Notes under the pieces: model-generated
What the model was told of the DNA's origin: nothing
Databases searched by the model: none
The model's input: only the letters and a program-made list of their open reading frames with translations
Source of the DNA: Chiloscyllium plagiosum
Lineage: Eukaryota
Direction: 5' to 3'
Length of the DNA: 64,000 nt
Assembly: GCF_004010195.1 (NCBI RefSeq)
Contig: NC_057719.1
Coordinates: forward strand, 66,584,066-66,648,065
Program-made: the position numbers and the translations under genes
Shown here: positions 61,132 to 64,000 of the stretch, piece by piece
Layout: each line of letters begins with the position of its first letter
How positions within the stretch are numbered: position 1 is the first letter of the stretch

Positions 61132-63697
61132 ATGACCTTTTTCTGCTAACATGCAATTGCAATTTGTTATTTTTCAGTGGCTTCTAAATATATCAGAATT
61201 TTATGGGTCATTACATTTTCCACATTTATGATGTTCACCTCTATATGACATGCAGGTGTACTTTAGTTGTACAGCCAAATGAACCTGGGGTTATTGAGAA
61301 CATAAATTTCCATTGTGAGAATTTGAGCATTATTAGTTTAAAGGCATTCTTGTAGCTTTCATGTCATACATGAGAAATGTTAGGTCACATCTTGAAACAG
61401 CAAAGCTCAAAGTTATTTCATTGCTCTACTTCCAAAAGATCAAAGATTTTTCTTGAGTTGTTCTCTTCTAAGGAAGAATCGAGCTTTGACCAGTAGTTAA
61501 AGTATTTGAAGCATTTTCCAAATGGTGAATTGTTCAGTTAAAAGAAAATTGCTACATTTTGGGAACATATAATCCAAAGAAAAATTCAAGGAATATTGTG
61601 AGGCAGAAAGAAATGGGCAAGAGCTTGCGTGTGATAGTTATCTCAACAAAAGTATGAACAAGTATAAAAATATTTATGGAATAAATGAACTGAATTAAAG
61701 TGTTGTAAAGGTGCATAACTTAATGTGAAGATAATGCAAGCACGTCTTGTGGACGATTTGTTTTGGCCCCCTGTTACAGTATTATTAATGAATTCATTTT
61801 GCATGAATTTATGAAGTTTTTTTTAGTTCATTCATGGGGTAAGGATGTTGCTGGCTAGGCCATCATTTATGGCCAATCCCTAATTGCCCAGAAGGCAGTT
61901 AAGAATCCAGCACATTGCTGTGGGTCTGGAGTCACATGTGGGCTAGACCATCCTCCCCTGAATGACATTAGTGCACCAGATGGGTTTTTCAAACAATCGA
62001 TTCATGAACACCATTAGACTATTAATTCCAGATTTTTATTGAATTCAAATTCCACCATCTGTCATGTTGGAATTAAACTTGGTCCCCAGGACATCACCTG
62101 AGCTTCTGGATTTACAGTCCTGCAATAATACCATTAGGCCATCACCTCCCCATTGTAATTACACAGTAACTAGAACAGCTCTTCCCATTGTGTTTGAAGT
62201 GCAGGAAACTTAGCTAGCATTGACCACACAGGATTTTGTTAACTTCGCTATGTGTATTATCAGTTTCAATAATTTACAACTCTTATTATTTTGATATTTC
62301 CACTCGTCAGTCAGTGTGGTATCTTGGATCAGTGGTGCTGGAAGAGCACAGCAATTCAGGCAGCATCCGAAGACAGGCAAAATCATTTCTGGATCAGTGG
62401 TGCTGGAAATTTCTGGATCAGTGGTGCTGGAAATTTCTGGAGACACCACCCACGCCCTCCACCTCCTCCAAGACTTCCGTTTCCCCGGCCCCCAACGCCT
62501 ATGACCTTTTTCTGCTAACATGCAATTGCAATTTGTTATTTTTCAGTGGCTTCTAAATATATCAGAATTTTATGGGTCATTACATTTTCCACATTTATGA
62601 TGTTCACCTCTATATGACATGCAGGTGTACTTTAGTTGTACAGCCAAATGAACCTGGGGTTATTGAGAACATAAATTTCCATTGTGAGAATTTGAGCATT
62701 ATTAGTTTAAAGGCATTCTTGTAGCTTTCATGTCATACATGAGAAATGTTAGGTCACATCTTGAAACAGCAAAGCTCAAAGTTATTTCATTGCTCTACTT
62801 CCAAAAGATCAAAGATTTTTCTTGAGTTGTTCTCTTCTAAGGAAGAATCGAGCTTTGACCAGTAGTTAAAGTATTTGAAGCATTTTCCAAATGGTGAATT
62901 GTTCAGTTAAAAGAAAATTGCTACATTTTGGGAACATATAATCCAAAGAAAAATTCAAGGAATATTGTGAGGCAGAAAGAAATGGGCAAGAGCTTGCGTG
63001 TGATAGTTATCTCAACAAAAGTATGAACAAGTATAAAAATATTTATGGAATAAATGAACTGAATTAAAGTGTTGTAAAGGTGCATAACTTAATGTGAAGA
63101 TAATGCAAGCACGTCTTGTGGACGATTTGTTTTGGCCCCCTGTTACAGTATTATTAATGAATTCATTGTGCATGAATTTATGAAGTTTTTTTTAGTTCAT
63201 TCATGGGGTAAGGATGTTGCTGGCTAGGCCATCATTTATGGCCAATCCCTAATTGCCCAGAAGGCAGTTAAGAATCCAGCACATTGCTGTGGGTCTGGAG
63301 TCACATGTGGGCCAGACCATCCTCCCCTGAATGACATTAGTGCACCAGATGGGTTTTTCCAACAATCGATTTGTGAACACCATTAGACTATTAATTCCAG
63401 ATTTTTATTGAATTCAAATTCCACCATCTGTCATGGTGGGATTCAAACTTGGTCCCCAGGACATTACCTGAGCTTCTGGATTTACAGTCCTGCAATAATA
63501 CCATTAGGCCATCACCTCCCCATTGTAATTACACAGTAACTAGAACAGCTCTTCCCATTGTGTTTGAAGTGCAGGAAACTGTTAGCTAGCATTGACCACG
63601 CAGGAGTTTGTTAACTTCGCTATGTGTATTATCAGTTTCAATAATTTACAACTTATTATTTTGATATTTCCACTCGTCAGTCAGTGTGGTATCTTGG
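61132..63697 (+). repeat. Direct duplication of about 1.2 kb (61132-62327 and 62501-63697) around a 173-bp Penelope-derived filler; each copy holds a minus-strand SINE (about 61825-62150, 63195-63520)
   Basis: Both copies start ATGACCTTTTTCTGCTAACATGC and end GTCAGTGTGGTATCTTGG. Confidence 0.97.
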
Positions 63698-64000
63698 TTC
63701 ATTTCTTATTAATGAAGGTTTTACTCAGTTAAAGCTGTTTTAAGACAGAATTTTTGTTTATGGATCGAGCATTCATAATGAATTCCTAGGGGAAATATTT
63801 TAAAATATATTTTGGTTTGGTTTCAAAACCAAAGAAATTTAAAATAATAAAAATGCCAGCAATTGTTTGTATTCGTGTAATTCTGGTTAAACATCAGAAT
63901 GGTGAACCTCATGTTCGAACTTCTGAATGAGGAATTTGGGGCAATGTGCACTGTATTGATCGAAGGATGTAAATGACTGTGAGATAGTTCAGAGAAGGTT

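Noticed and set aside
62386..62442. 24-bp direct repeats resembling a CRISPR array
   Set aside because: Head-to-tail with no spacers, derived from a Penelope terminus, in a vertebrate intron with no cas genes.

Overview
Eukaryotic (vertebrate) genomic DNA, almost certainly a shark. HE1-type V-SINEs, CR1 LINEs and Penelope-like elements are dense; a bamboo-shark-like genome is my inference only. The window is an internal 64 kb slice of a + strand formin gene, best read as FMN1. Five small, phase-compatible GT-AG coding exons (2082-2228, 12650-12709, 14488-14608, 28172-28264, 52855-52906) splice into the C-terminal half of the FH2 domain. The rest is intron, filled with retroelements, Harbinger transposase fossils and some repeat-free enhancer-like blocks. 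Most six-frame ORFs are spurious or TE-derived. Most unusual observations: (1) an undecayed Spi/PU.1-family ETS-domain coding fragment plus putative 3'UTR right after an assembly gap, between inverted Penelope arms bounded by a 16-bp direct repeat (real mRNA capture or misassembly); (2) a 1.2-kb direct duplication around a 173-bp patchwork of Penelope sequence containing a reiterated 24-mer; (3) several families of hairpin-shaped Penelope-derived elements carrying hammerhead ribozyme motifs, one with an intact core; (4) a young L1 3' fragment with TSD and an internal 157-bp duplication; (5) tentative fossils of a tyrosine-recombinase-associated element and a Transib/RAG1-like transposase. No database searches were run; family assignments come from recalled motifs.
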